A DNA stretch of 24,000 bases, taken from NCBI RefSeq assembly GCF_001015055.1, contig NZ_BBWZ01000003.1:116091-140090 (forward strand), in the 5' to 3' direction. Below the pieces are notes generated by a model that made no database searches, was not told the DNA's origin, and worked only from the letters and a program-made list of their open reading frames with translations. The translations under genes were made by a program, and so were the position numbers. Positions within the stretch are counted from its first letter, which is position 1. Every line of letters begins with the position of its first letter. Shown here one piece after another: positions 8,095-16,290 of this stretch. This DNA comes from Aneurinibacillus tyrosinisolvens. GTDB taxonomy: Bacteria; Bacillota; Bacilli; Aneurinibacillales; Aneurinibacillaceae.

Positions 8095-9786
8095 TCAGGC
8101 TTTTTTTACCTCTCCGGTACATACCCGGTTCCGTCCCTGCTGTTTTGCTTTATAAAGCGCCCGGTCAGCCGCTTCGATTAAGGTCATCTGCGAGGCCTCC
8201 TCATCGGGGACAACCCCCGCCACACCAAGGCTAATCGTAACATGGCTGCTCACGGGAGAGAGGAGGTGCGGGATGGCCAGTGCCTCTATCTGCCTCCGCA
8301 GTTGTTCAGCAAGAGCCATCGCACCCTCCAATGCAGTAGTAGGGAGCAGGAGTATGAACTCTTCTCCACCGTAGCGGGCAACAAAATCCCTGGGCCTTTT
8401 TGCCAGCACTTGCAGCGTACGGGCTACCTTTTTTAAGCATTCATCACCTTGGAGGTGGCTGTATGTATCGTTATACGCTTTAAAGCAATCGATATCCACC
8501 ATAATAGCGGAAAGAGGCACGCTGCCAAGGGTGGCACGCTTCCATTCCATGTCCAGGAAATCGTCGAAATAACGCCGGTTCATGATGCCGGTCAAGCCGT
8601 CGATAAAGGAAAGCCTGTGTAATGTTCTGTTCATTTCTTCCAGTTGCATTTCCGCTTTTTTCCGCTCGGTTATATCGCGCAAAGTAAACACCATGCCGGT
8701 AAACACCCCTTCCTGGTTGAACAATAATGTGCTCACCACTTCAAGCCAGACGTAATGCCCGTTTGCATGGCGGCCGCGCAGCTCTCTTCTTCCGGAAAGA
8801 GAGTGACCGGCAGCCATCGCTTTCGTCTCGGCCCGCAAGAGGCGCTTTTCATCCGGGTGAACGAAATCAAATACCGGTTTGCTGAGCATGTCTTTCTCCG
8901 TATATCCGAGGAGACGGTTATGCGCCGGGCTTACGTATGTATAAAGAAAGTGCTCGTCCGTCTCTGCAATCATATCCAGCATATTATCAGTAATCCTGCG
9001 CAAACGTTCTTCGCTTCTCCGCAGGGCTTCCTCCGCGTTCTTTTGTTCTGTAATGTCATGAATCATGACTTGGGTGGCCGGCTTTCCCTCATAACTAATG
9101 GCAGTCGTCGCCACTTCAACGTCAATCTCTTCCCCTTGCAGGGTAATAAACTTCTCCTGTATAAGCAGTATATTCGTCCTGTTTACATAGGATTTATCGA
9201 TACGCTCCCTCACCATGTTTTGATAATCGGGATGGACGAAGTCGAGCACCTGCCTGCCAATGAGTTCGCCTGCATCTTTTGCCCCAAACAGCTTCGCTCC
9301 CGCGTTATTAATAAATAGAAGCCACCCGTCCGCATGGACAGCGATCGGCTCGGAGGAAAACTCAACCAGGCAACGGTACCGCTCATTGCTCTCCCGCAGT
9401 GCGCGCTCTATTCGTTTTTGCTCCGTAATATCCCGCGAGATACCGGCTAATGCGGCCACCTCCCCTTCCTGATCATGGATAGGAGAAATTGTAATGCTTA
9501 TATGAAGAAGAGAGCCATCCCTGCGCTGCCGCTGTGTTTCGAAGTTGGTCACATGTCCGCCGGCCCGCACCTTCTCATAAAGCGCCCGGGTAGATTCTCT
9601 CAGGTAGTGGGGGATAAGCGGGGATGTCGATTGCCCGATGATTTCACCGGCGGGCCAGCCGTACATCTCTTCGAATGCTTGATTCACCTGAAGAATGTTC
9701 GCTTCCAAATCAATGACAATAAAGGCGTGGGTTGTATGGTCGATGAGCGATTCAATACACTTTTTCAAATCGAGTCCTTGTTTCAT
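8095..9786 (-). CDS. PAS-PAS-PAS-GGDEF diguanylate cyclase
   Basis: Three PAS-like repeats are present (each ending ...DITEQK/DITERK). The GGDEF domain has an intact GGEEF (nt 8356-8370) and an RxxD I-site (RPRD) five residues upstream. I place the start at ATG 9786, 8 nt after aaggag; the ORF-track GTG at 9795 overlaps the RBS. Confidence 0.92.
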   Translation of the reverse strand: MKQGLDLKKCIESLIDHTTHAFIVIDLEANILQVNQAFEEMYGWPAGEIIGQSTSPLIPHYLRESTRALYEKVRAGGHVTNFETQRQRRDGSLLHISITISPIHDQEGEVAALAGISRDITEQKRIERALRESNERYRCLVEFSSEPIAVHADGWLLFINNAGAKLFGAKDAGELIGRQVLDFVHPDYQNMVRERIDKSYVNRTNILLIQEKFITLQGEEIDVEVATTAISYEGKPATQVMIHDITEQKNAEEALRRSEERLRRITDNMLDMIAETDEHFLYTYVSPAHNRLLGYTEKDMLSKPVFDFVHPDEKRLLRAETKAMAAGHSLSGRRELRGRHANGHYVWLEVVSTLLFNQEGVFTGMVFTLRDITERKKAEMQLEEMNRTLHRLSFIDGLTGIMNRRYFDDFLDMEWKRATLGSVPLSAIMVDIDCFKAYNDTYSHLQGDECLKKVARTLQVLAKRPRDFVARYGGEEFILLLPTTALEGAMALAEQLRRQIEALAIPHLLSPVSSHVTISLGVAGVVPDEEASQMTLIEAADRALYKAKQQGRNRVCTGEVKKA

Positions 9787-9832
9787 CGTGCGCACTCCTT
9801 GTCTGAAGCTCTTAATTGCTGCTTCTCTTTCT

Positions 9833-9838
9833 ATTATA
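9833..9838 (-). promoter_or_regulatory. Candidate -10 box (TATAAT) for the diguanylate cyclase gene
   Basis: Perfect TATAAT on the minus strand, about 45 nt upstream of the start. No convincing -35. Confidence 0.3.
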
Positions 9839-10062
9839 GTAAATTTTTACTAGGAAATAAGGCGTGATAAGTGAAAAATTATGTAAGCTTTAACAGTTTT
9901 TCAATTACAGAAACATAAAAAGGAGTGATCAATGTACAAAAATACTGCGTATAAATTATAAATCTAGCATTTCCAAATTTAACTTATATTTTTTCTATCA
10001 AACCTGATGTACAGTAGATAGAGAAAAAATAGCCAAGATTAACTAGGGAAGGTAAAATCTAA

Positions 10063-11634
10063 ATGAAAAGAATTGCATCTTTGTCTTTACTCCTTATGCT
10101 TTTATTTACAAGCGCCTGCAGCCCACTGGGTGCAACGCAGGCAAGCGTTTATGAACCGTTTGCTGATATTGGAGCAAGCTTTGCCCGCACGGAAATTATC
10201 AATTTATATAACCAGGGTATTGTTTCAGGGGAGGGTAACCAGCGGTTTGCCCCGAAAAAACCCGTGACAAGAGCTGTCTTTTTGTCTATGCTCACCCGTG
10301 CTCTCCATTTAAAACCGGTGAGTGGGGCGATCCCGGTTTTCCAGGATGTCCCTAAAACACACTGGGCTTATGCGGCCGTACAGGCCGGTGCAATACGCGG
10401 GGTCACTTCCGGGCGAACAGCGGCACAATTTGATCCGGAAAGCCTCGTTTCCAGACAGGAGGCAGCCTCTCTGCTTGTGAAGGCCATCCACGCTTCACCT
10501 GAGGAATTGCTCCTTCCATATACGGATCGAAATGAGATAGCACAGTGGGCAGCTCCGGCGGTAGCGGCAGCGGGGCAGCGAAATCTTATGAACGGATCAG
10601 GTGGGAAATTCCATCCGAACGATTCGTTAACCCGGGAAGAATTGGCTTCCATTTTGTCTCGTTTATTGTCTCAAGAGGACGCAATCCCGGCTTCAGCAGG
10701 AAATCAACCGATACATATGGGCTGGCAGTATCTATCCAGCAGTTCTGCTTATACGCAAAAAGTGACCCAGTCAGGTATCGTCAATACGCTGTCTCCCCGC
10801 TGGTATTTCCTTGAATCTGACGGCAAATTCAGCGACAGTACAGATGCATCGCAAATCACATGGGCAAAGCAGCATGGGAAAAGCATCTGGGCTATGGTCG
10901 GGAACCGGTTTGATGATAAAGCGACACATCAAATGCTGATCCAGGCCGATAAGCGCGCGGCGGCTGTCCGCCAGCTTGCACAATACGGACAGAAATACCA
11001 GCTCGACGGATTGAACATTGATTTTGAAAACATAAAGCCCGGAGACAGGGACGCTTTTACATCGTTTATTGCCGAGCTTGCAGCGGCTCTTCATGCGGAC
11101 AACCGTAAACTTTCCGTCGATGTGCCGCCGGATCTGGGAACGGACTGGAGCGATCCGTATCATTATGCTTCTCTCGGGAAGTCTGCGGATTACGTTGTCG
11201 TTATGGCGTATAACGAATACTGGTCAGGCCAGGGAAAGCAGGGCTCCACTTCCTCGCTGCCATGGCTGAAAAAACACGTTCTAAAGCTGACACAGCAAAT
11301 GCCGGCAAACAAAATTATCGTTGCCCTGCCTTTTTATACGAACGATTGGTGGAAAGAGGGAGGGCAGGTTAAGTCGGAAGAGCTGACCATACAGGAAGCG
11401 GTGAAGCGGGTGGAACAGCGCCATGCAACAGTGCGATGGGACCCGGCAGCGGGCCAGTACATCGCTTCATATTATGCTAACGGGCAGCAGCATACAATCT
11501 GGGTAGAGGACAGCCGTTCTTTATCGCTAAAGTACCGGACCGTTATGGGAATGGGCGTTGCAGGTGCGGCGTACTGGTATATAGGTGCTGAAAGCCCGGA
11601 TGTATGGCCTGCAGTTAGCAATGAGCTCCATTAG
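10063..11634 (+). CDS. Secreted/lipoprotein-like SLH-SLH-SLH-GH18 cell-wall hydrolase (YdhD/YaaH-type GH18 domain)
   Basis: Signal peptide MKRIASLSLLLMLLFTSAC, then three about 55-aa SLH repeats (FADI..., FQDV..., YTDR...). The GH18 domain carries DGLNIDFE (nt 11005-11028). Confidence 0.9.
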   Translation: MKRIASLSLLLMLLFTSACSPLGATQASVYEPFADIGASFARTEIINLYNQGIVSGEGNQRFAPKKPVTRAVFLSMLTRALHLKPVSGAIPVFQDVPKTHWAYAAVQAGAIRGVTSGRTAAQFDPESLVSRQEAASLLVKAIHASPEELLLPYTDRNEIAQWAAPAVAAAGQRNLMNGSGGKFHPNDSLTREELASILSRLLSQEDAIPASAGNQPIHMGWQYLSSSSAYTQKVTQSGIVNTLSPRWYFLESDGKFSDSTDASQITWAKQHGKSIWAMVGNRFDDKATHQMLIQADKRAAAVRQLAQYGQKYQLDGLNIDFENIKPGDRDAFTSFIAELAAALHADNRKLSVDVPPDLGTDWSDPYHYASLGKSADYVVVMAYNEYWSGQGKQGSTSSLPWLKKHVLKLTQQMPANKIIVALPFYTNDWWKEGGQVKSEELTIQEAVKRVEQRHATVRWDPAAGQYIASYYANGQQHTIWVEDSRSLSLKYRTVMGMGVAGAAYWYIGAESPDVWPAVSNELH

Positions 11635-11643
11635 GAAAGGAAC

Positions 11644-11672
11644 GCCGTGGGATTTTTCTCACGGCATTTTTT
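11644..11672 (+). terminator. Rho-independent terminator between the convergent GH18 genes
   Basis: gccgtggg / ctcacggc stem followed by attttttg. Confidence 0.7.
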
Positions 11673-11673
11673 G

Positions 11674-12942
11674 TTATTTAATAACGCGGAAGTTTTTCTG
11701 CATATAAGACCAGTTCTGCGGAAACGGATAATTCAGGTGCCAGAATGTTGCCCCACGCAGCCGGTACACTTCCATTATTCTATATTTGGCCCGCAGGCTG
11801 CGGACGTCCTCAAACCAGACGATTCTCGCCTGCGTTCCCTGTGTGTACTGAAAAAACGGCGCTTCCGCCTGCCAGTTATATTGGATGGAAACCCTTTTGC
11901 TGATTGCCAGGTTCTGGGCGTCACCCGCCGCCAGAGCGCTTGCTGTCGTAGCAGGTGTATCCGGAAGCGGCCAATTATAACCATAGAATGGAAGTGCGAT
12001 CATGACTTTGCTCCGGTTTATCTGGCTTACTATATATTGAACGACTTGCTCAACCCACCAGATCGGAGCGATCGGGTTCGGGGGTCCCTGCGGATAGCCG
12101 TATTCAATCGTCATAACGGCCACAAGGTCGGCGATCTGGCCGATCGTCTTGTAGTCGAACGCCCCGGTGAGCCGGTTTGCAGGATCGTCCTTCGTTTTCG
12201 CAGGGACATTAATGTGCAGGGTGCCCGTGCCAGGCGCAGCTTTAAGTTCACGCAGGAAGGTGCTGAGCTCGGGTCTTCTTTCGGGTGGGATAAACTCAAA
12301 ATCAACACTGATCCCGTTATAGCCCTTCTGCTGTACTGCTCGGGAAATGTTTCGCACAAGCGTCCGCCTGGTGTCCGGGTTTTGAAGCACCTGGCCGATT
12401 CGCACCGGATCGAAGCCGCTTCCTGTCCAGTTTGTCAGAACCATAAGTGGTTTAACACCGTTTTGTTTACTTTCACGAATGGCCCTTTCATCGTCCGGTT
12501 CATTTACCGTTCCATCCGCATTAATCGTGTAGCTGAAAATCGCCGTGTAAGAAAGCTGCCTCGCCACTTCAGGAAAAATAGGATGAAGAATGTCCATTTC
12601 CTCCGGGATAAGGAATCCAAGTGATTCCATGGAATATTTTAGCGGTGTTGGAACGGAGAGCCGCTGTCCGACGGTAAGCTGGTTTGGATTTGTTCCGGGG
12701 TTTGCAGCCGCGATTAGATTTGTGCGTGTACGGTAGCGGTTGGCGATGCTCCACAGCGTATCACCCGGTTGTATTTGATAGAACTGTTCAGGTAATTCGT
12801 TTTGTGGAAGATAAAGGGCGAGCCCGGGGACGAGTGAATCGCCTGGAAGGCCATTTATCTTGCGTATCGTCTGAATAGGCAGGCGGAAGGTTTGTGAGAT
12901 TCCCCATAGTGTGTCCCCCCTTTTAACTGTATAAACTCCCAA
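11674..12942 (-). CDS. sleL: LysM-LysM-GH18 spore cortex-lytic N-acetylglucosaminidase, SleL/YaaH-like
   Basis: Two LysM repeats (YTVKRGDTLWGIS..., YQIQPGDTLWSIA...), a GH18 core ISVDFE, and C-terminal blocks recalled from B. subtilis YaaH (QYNWQAEAPFFQYT, VWFEDVRSLRAKY, FPQNW). I place the start at TTG 12942, 8 nt after ggaaaggag; the ORF-track extension to 13089 runs through a terminator. Confidence 0.9.
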   Translation of the reverse strand: MGVYTVKRGDTLWGISQTFRLPIQTIRKINGLPGDSLVPGLALYLPQNELPEQFYQIQPGDTLWSIANRYRTRTNLIAAANPGTNPNQLTVGQRLSVPTPLKYSMESLGFLIPEEMDILHPIFPEVARQLSYTAIFSYTINADGTVNEPDDERAIRESKQNGVKPLMVLTNWTGSGFDPVRIGQVLQNPDTRRTLVRNISRAVQQKGYNGISVDFEFIPPERRPELSTFLRELKAAPGTGTLHINVPAKTKDDPANRLTGAFDYKTIGQIADLVAVMTIEYGYPQGPPNPIAPIWWVEQVVQYIVSQINRSKVMIALPFYGYNWPLPDTPATTASALAAGDAQNLAISKRVSIQYNWQAEAPFFQYTQGTQARIVWFEDVRSLRAKYRIMEVYRLRGATFWHLNYPFPQNWSYMQKNFRVIK

Positions 12943-13031
12943 CTTATTCGCTCCTTTCCCCACGATTAATGCAAAAGCACCCATTTCTATGGTAAAGCAT
13001 ATGCCTGAATCCGGGAAAAGGAACCACCTCA

Positions 13032-13086
13032 AAGGAAAAAGAAAACACCCTAAACTCTGGTTCCAATCGTCGAGTGCTAGGGTGTT
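13032..13086 (-). terminator. Terminator of the 13092..13403 gene
   Basis: On the minus strand: aacacccta(g)...(t)tagggtgtt stem (13044-13053 / 13077-13086), followed by ttctttttcc, starting 5 nt after the stop. The loop is large. Confidence 0.55.
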
Positions 13087-13091
13087 CATTT

Positions 13092-13403
13092 TTATTTTGG
13101 TAAGACCAGCACCTGATTTCGCAGCGCCCTCTTAAGTTCCCTTTTTAGTTTTGGATCAACCGATTGCTCATTCATAATGCGCTGGTAGCCGTCTCGAACC
13201 CAACGCCAGGGAATGGCGCGGTTTTCTTCTTTGGCAGTTTGGATGACTTCAATATAATGGCGGACATTCTGGTTCGTCAGCGGTTTGCCGAGCAGTTCCC
13301 GGGTTACATACTCCACCATTCGTTTTTGTTTATCCTGGTGGGTGATATACGAGAAAACAATAACCGTCGTTAGCATAGCAACAATGCTGAGAAATCCCAT
13401 CAT
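13092..13403 (-). CDS. Hypothetical membrane-anchored protein (about 103 aa)
   Basis: One N-terminal TM segment (FLSIVAMLTTVIVFSYI) and a basic C-terminal domain. I place the start at ATG 13403, after gaaagagg, rather than at 13490. Confidence 0.55.
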   Translation of the reverse strand: MMGFLSIVAMLTTVIVFSYITHQDKQKRMVEYVTRELLGKPLTNQNVRHYIEVIQTAKEENRAIPWRWVRDGYQRIMNEQSVDPKLKRELKRALRNQVLVLPK

Positions 13404-13834
13404 GGCGCGATAACCTCTTTCGTATAAAGATTTGGCTACTATGTTTATACCCTGATAAACGTACTGCACACCTTCGTGTCCAGTTTTCACTTGGAAGGTG
13501 CTGTTTTATACGTTGAAATTATTTTTCAGTTTGGCAGGCGGTAACTGTAGTGTACGCTTAGCAGCTCGTACCCGGGAAAATCGGCCTTGTGTCCGGCCTT
13601 ATGATTGGCCTTGCCGTTGCGTTTCGGGATGAAAATTCAAGAAACTTTCGCAATTGACACCACAATGAAAGATGATAATGCGAAAATCCTGCGAATACCA
13701 TAACGTAAGAGAGAAAAATGGTGTTTGTAGGGGGTGGGGTAATGAAGGGGCTTTATGAGTCAGAGGTGAGATATGAATATTTTAAAGGAACCATTGCCAG
13801 CATTACATTCAACATATAATGATAAGTTTTTCAT

Positions 13835-13864
13835 AAAGGGGACCCCTGCCAGGGAGTCCCCTTT
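13835..13864 (-). terminator. Terminator of the 49-aa ORF
   Basis: Perfect 9-bp stem aaaggggac (13835-13843) / gtccccttt (13856-13864), 5 nt after the stop codon. Confidence 0.7.
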
Positions 13865-13868
13865 ACAT

Positions 13869-14018
13869 TTAACGATGTCTCGCTTCTTTCTCATCCAACC
13901 GGTAGGCTACGAAGGACGGATAGCCAAATTCTGCAATTTCTTCCCATACAGCATCCATATCAAACCCTGTCGCCTGGTGCAAACACGCTTTTTCCGTAGA
14001 ACATAATGGACATTTCAT
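13869..14018 (-). CDS. Small Cys-containing protein, 49 aa (below the ORF-track size cut-off)
   Basis: My translation is MKCPLCSTEKACLHQATGFDMDAVWEEIAEFGYPSFVAYRLDEKEARHR*. RBS agaggagg lies 7 nt upstream of ATG 14018, and a perfect-stem terminator follows directly. Confidence 0.6.
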   Translation of the reverse strand: MKCPLCSTEKACLHQATGFDMDAVWEEIAEFGYPSFVAYRLDEKEARHR

Positions 14019-14049
14019 CGTTATTCCTCCTCTTATTTGGTGAATTTCC

Positions 14050-14078
14050 TTGCTACATTGTAAAATTGATTTTATAAC
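14050..14078 (+). promoter_or_regulatory. Candidate sigmaA-type promoter for the 14171 gene
   Basis: TTGCTA (14050-14055), 17-nt spacer, TATAAC (14073-14078). Confidence 0.4.
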
Positions 14079-14170
14079 AGAATTCTTTTTTAAAAAGGTA
14101 GTTTGTAAAATTATCTGCTATTTTTTTTGTATATAAACATTGTCTTCCATATGTAGATGGAAAACAAGTA

Positions 14171-14491
14171 ATGTTTGAATCTCCGGTTGCGCGAACATTT
14201 ATTAATGTAACAGGGCAGGGTGAAAATGAATTTGCGATGAGCGAGGTCGTACAGCTTGGTGAGGGGTATGAAAAATATCTTCACTTGTTCCGCTATGAGA
14301 ATGGAAAACTAACTTCCCTTGGAACGGTAAAATACGAAGATTTTTCTAAAGTGTCAGCAACAGTTGCTACGTTCAGTCAACAAGATCAAACTTTTTATGT
14401 TCATTTCTATAAAAATAAGAAGCTGGTCGGTGTAGCTACATACCAGTGGAAAGATGGACAGATAGTAAAGACAAACGAAATAAAACAGTAA
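14171..14491 (+). CDS. Hypothetical beta-rich protein, 106 aa
   Basis: The ORF has protein-like composition and a terminator follows. The RBS is weak (gatgga) and the region is AT-rich. Confidence 0.5.
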   Translation: MFESPVARTFINVTGQGENEFAMSEVVQLGEGYEKYLHLFRYENGKLTSLGTVKYEDFSKVSATVATFSQQDQTFYVHFYKNKKLVGVATYQWKDGQIVKTNEIKQ

Positions 14492-14496
14492 AAATA

Positions 14497-14530
14497 AAAA
14501 GAAGCGGAAGAGATTCCTTCGCTTCTTTTC
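14497..14530. terminator. Bidirectional terminator between convergent genes
   Basis: gaagcgga / ttcgcttc stem flanked by A-runs and T-runs. On the minus strand it is followed by tttttattttt. Confidence 0.75.
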
Positions 14531-14554
14531 TGTTAAATGGTTCCCGTGCGGCTC

Positions 14555-16276
14555 TCACGGGTTAACGCCCCCGGTCACACTGTCTCCGCCGTTATCGACG
14601 GGAGGCAGCGGATTGTTCGGATCAGAAAGGTTCGGATCCGAAGGCACACTGCTATTGCCGCTGTCAGACGGCGGCGGATTCATCTGAACCGAGTTTGGAT
14701 CCTGCAGCCCATTATTTCCACCCTGTTCACTCCCGGGAATACCCGCAGCTGGGGCCGTAGGATAACCGCCTGCCGGGGAGGATGGGTCACTGCTGCCTGT
14801 GTATTTCGGCCCGCTGAACTTATATTCCCCGTCCAGCGGTTCGTAATAAGCCAGCTGGCCCGCGCCTTCGCCTGCTGGATTGTTTACGACCATTACACCT
14901 GGGCTTTCCATATAGAAACTATCGGCCTCAAACGCAAAGATTTGCTTAAAATCAGATTCATGAACCTCAAAGCCGGCAAACAGCGATGCACGATTGTCTG
15001 ACTGTGCTTCGACAACGATGACCGGCAATCCTTCCGGGCTAATCTTTTCCTGGGTATAAAGCGTTTTTGGGACTATTCCCTCGCCTAAGGCTCCTTCCAC
15101 TGTTTTGAAGCCATCGGAGAGGAGGCTGCCATAGTATAATTTACTGTCATCAGAGATGGCTGCCACAAACGATTTTGCGCCCCACCGGTTTTTCCCGTCT
15201 GTCGTAAACGTGAATCTCTTGTCCGGAAATTCACGCTGCAGAAGCCGGACAGGCTGCTGCTCATCCCATTTCTGCTGGGCTAACGCAATTTCCCCGCTTG
15301 TATCCTGATACGGTTTTAGCTTTTCATAAAGATCGATCGCTTTACTGAAGCTGTTCTGTGTGGCAAACCGTTTCGCTTTAGCAAGCAAACTTTTAATTGT
15401 TCTCTTAATGTACCCAAGTGTACCGGAGCCGGAAGGGTAGTATTCCTTCAGTTCTTCATATTTTTTTGCGTGTTCCGCAAAATCGGCGATATTATTTTGG
15501 CGCAGGTCTTTTTCCAGGACGCTTCGGCCAAACCTATTTACCGCTGTAAGCAGCCAGGGAACAGCGATTGAATTTTCTTTGTATATTTTCAGCGTAAGTT
15601 CAGTTTTATTCATTGTCTCGGCAAATTTTCTGCTGCTGCTGAGATAGCTGAACTTTGTCAGCTCGTATTTTTTAAGCTGCGCCTGCATCTCCTGTGTTTT
15701 CTTCTTTTCGCCTCCGAAGTATTGGGAGGGGATCTTAAAATAAGAGAGGAGAAAATCTTCCTTATCATAATTTTTACTCTTGATATTTTCTTTCATCTGG
15801 CCGACAAATCGCGCTTTTGCTTCCGCAAAGGATTTGGCCAGGCTGTTTTCCATCGTGTAATACTTTATCGCCTGGTTGAACATCTCTTTGTTTTTCTTAT
15901 CCAAGGTGCCGGATTTCTGTTTCTGCTCCTGATACCCGGCGTATGCCTGAAGCAGGAGAGGGAAGTCGCCTGTTTCTCTGGCCAGCATAGCCTGCTCTTT
16001 TAACAGCCGTATGCGCCGGACAGGATCCAGAGCGGATAAAGCTTGCTGGATCCTGTCCTCTTTATAGTCAATCGTTCTGTTTTCTTCCGCCTTCGTAAAA
16101 TACTGCTCAGCCAGTACCATGTTGTTCTGTTTCATATATTTCTCCGCTTGCGTGTAGGCGGAAATTTTCATTGAGGTATTGTACAGTTTGTAGCCGGCGG
16201 CCGCAAGAGCGAACAGAAAAGCAACAATAAGTACATTTCTTATCATGATTGTTTTTCTGGGGGATGGTAAAACCAT
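14555..16276 (-). CDS. Membrane-anchored hypothetical protein, 573 aa, with a Pro/Ser/Gly/Asn-rich C-terminal tail
   Basis: N-terminal basic stretch plus a TM segment (IRNVLIVAFLFALAAAGY), a long helical-then-mixed ectodomain, and a low-complexity tail over the last about 85 aa. RBS agaaggga; the gene starts 14 nt after the upstream gene's stop. Confidence 0.8.
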   Translation of the reverse strand: MVLPSPRKTIMIRNVLIVAFLFALAAAGYKLYNTSMKISAYTQAEKYMKQNNMVLAEQYFTKAEENRTIDYKEDRIQQALSALDPVRRIRLLKEQAMLARETGDFPLLLQAYAGYQEQKQKSGTLDKKNKEMFNQAIKYYTMENSLAKSFAEAKARFVGQMKENIKSKNYDKEDFLLSYFKIPSQYFGGEKKKTQEMQAQLKKYELTKFSYLSSSRKFAETMNKTELTLKIYKENSIAVPWLLTAVNRFGRSVLEKDLRQNNIADFAEHAKKYEELKEYYPSGSGTLGYIKRTIKSLLAKAKRFATQNSFSKAIDLYEKLKPYQDTSGEIALAQQKWDEQQPVRLLQREFPDKRFTFTTDGKNRWGAKSFVAAISDDSKLYYGSLLSDGFKTVEGALGEGIVPKTLYTQEKISPEGLPVIVVEAQSDNRASLFAGFEVHESDFKQIFAFEADSFYMESPGVMVVNNPAGEGAGQLAYYEPLDGEYKFSGPKYTGSSDPSSPAGGYPTAPAAGIPGSEQGGNNGLQDPNSVQMNPPPSDSGNSSVPSDPNLSDPNNPLPPVDNGGDSVTGGVNP

Positions 16277-16290
16277 AGCAAGCGTCCCTT

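Noticed and set aside
8755-9867. Plus-strand ORFs of 187, 70 and 130 aa within the diguanylate cyclase gene
   Set aside because: They are antisense to a gene with clear PAS/GGDEF motifs and lack an RBS.
11647-12624. 325-aa plus-strand ORF
   Set aside because: It is entirely antisense to the well-supported sleL/yaaH-like gene. It has an Arg/Cys-rich, low-complexity-looking translation, no RBS, and starts inside a terminator hairpin.
12943-13089. N-terminal 49-codon extension of the sleL ORF in the track (MNTLALDDW...)
   Set aside because: The extension overlaps the terminator hairpin of the upstream gene and has no RBS. A TTG at 12942, with GGAAAGGAG 8 nt upstream, gives a product that begins directly at the first LysM repeat, as in YaaH.
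13560-13705. 47-aa minus-strand ORF (MVFAGFSHYHLSLWCQL...)
   Set aside because: No Shine-Dalgarno sequence precedes the ATG, and the translation looks implausible.
13773-14006. 77-aa plus-strand ORF
   Set aside because: It has no RBS and overlaps the 49-aa minus-strand ORF, which has a strong SD and its own terminator. The terminator hairpin lies inside this ORF.
14537-15001. 154-aa plus-strand ORF
   Set aside because: It is antisense to the Pro/Gly-rich tail of the 573-aa protein. The Arg-rich translation is typical of a GC-rich antisense frame.
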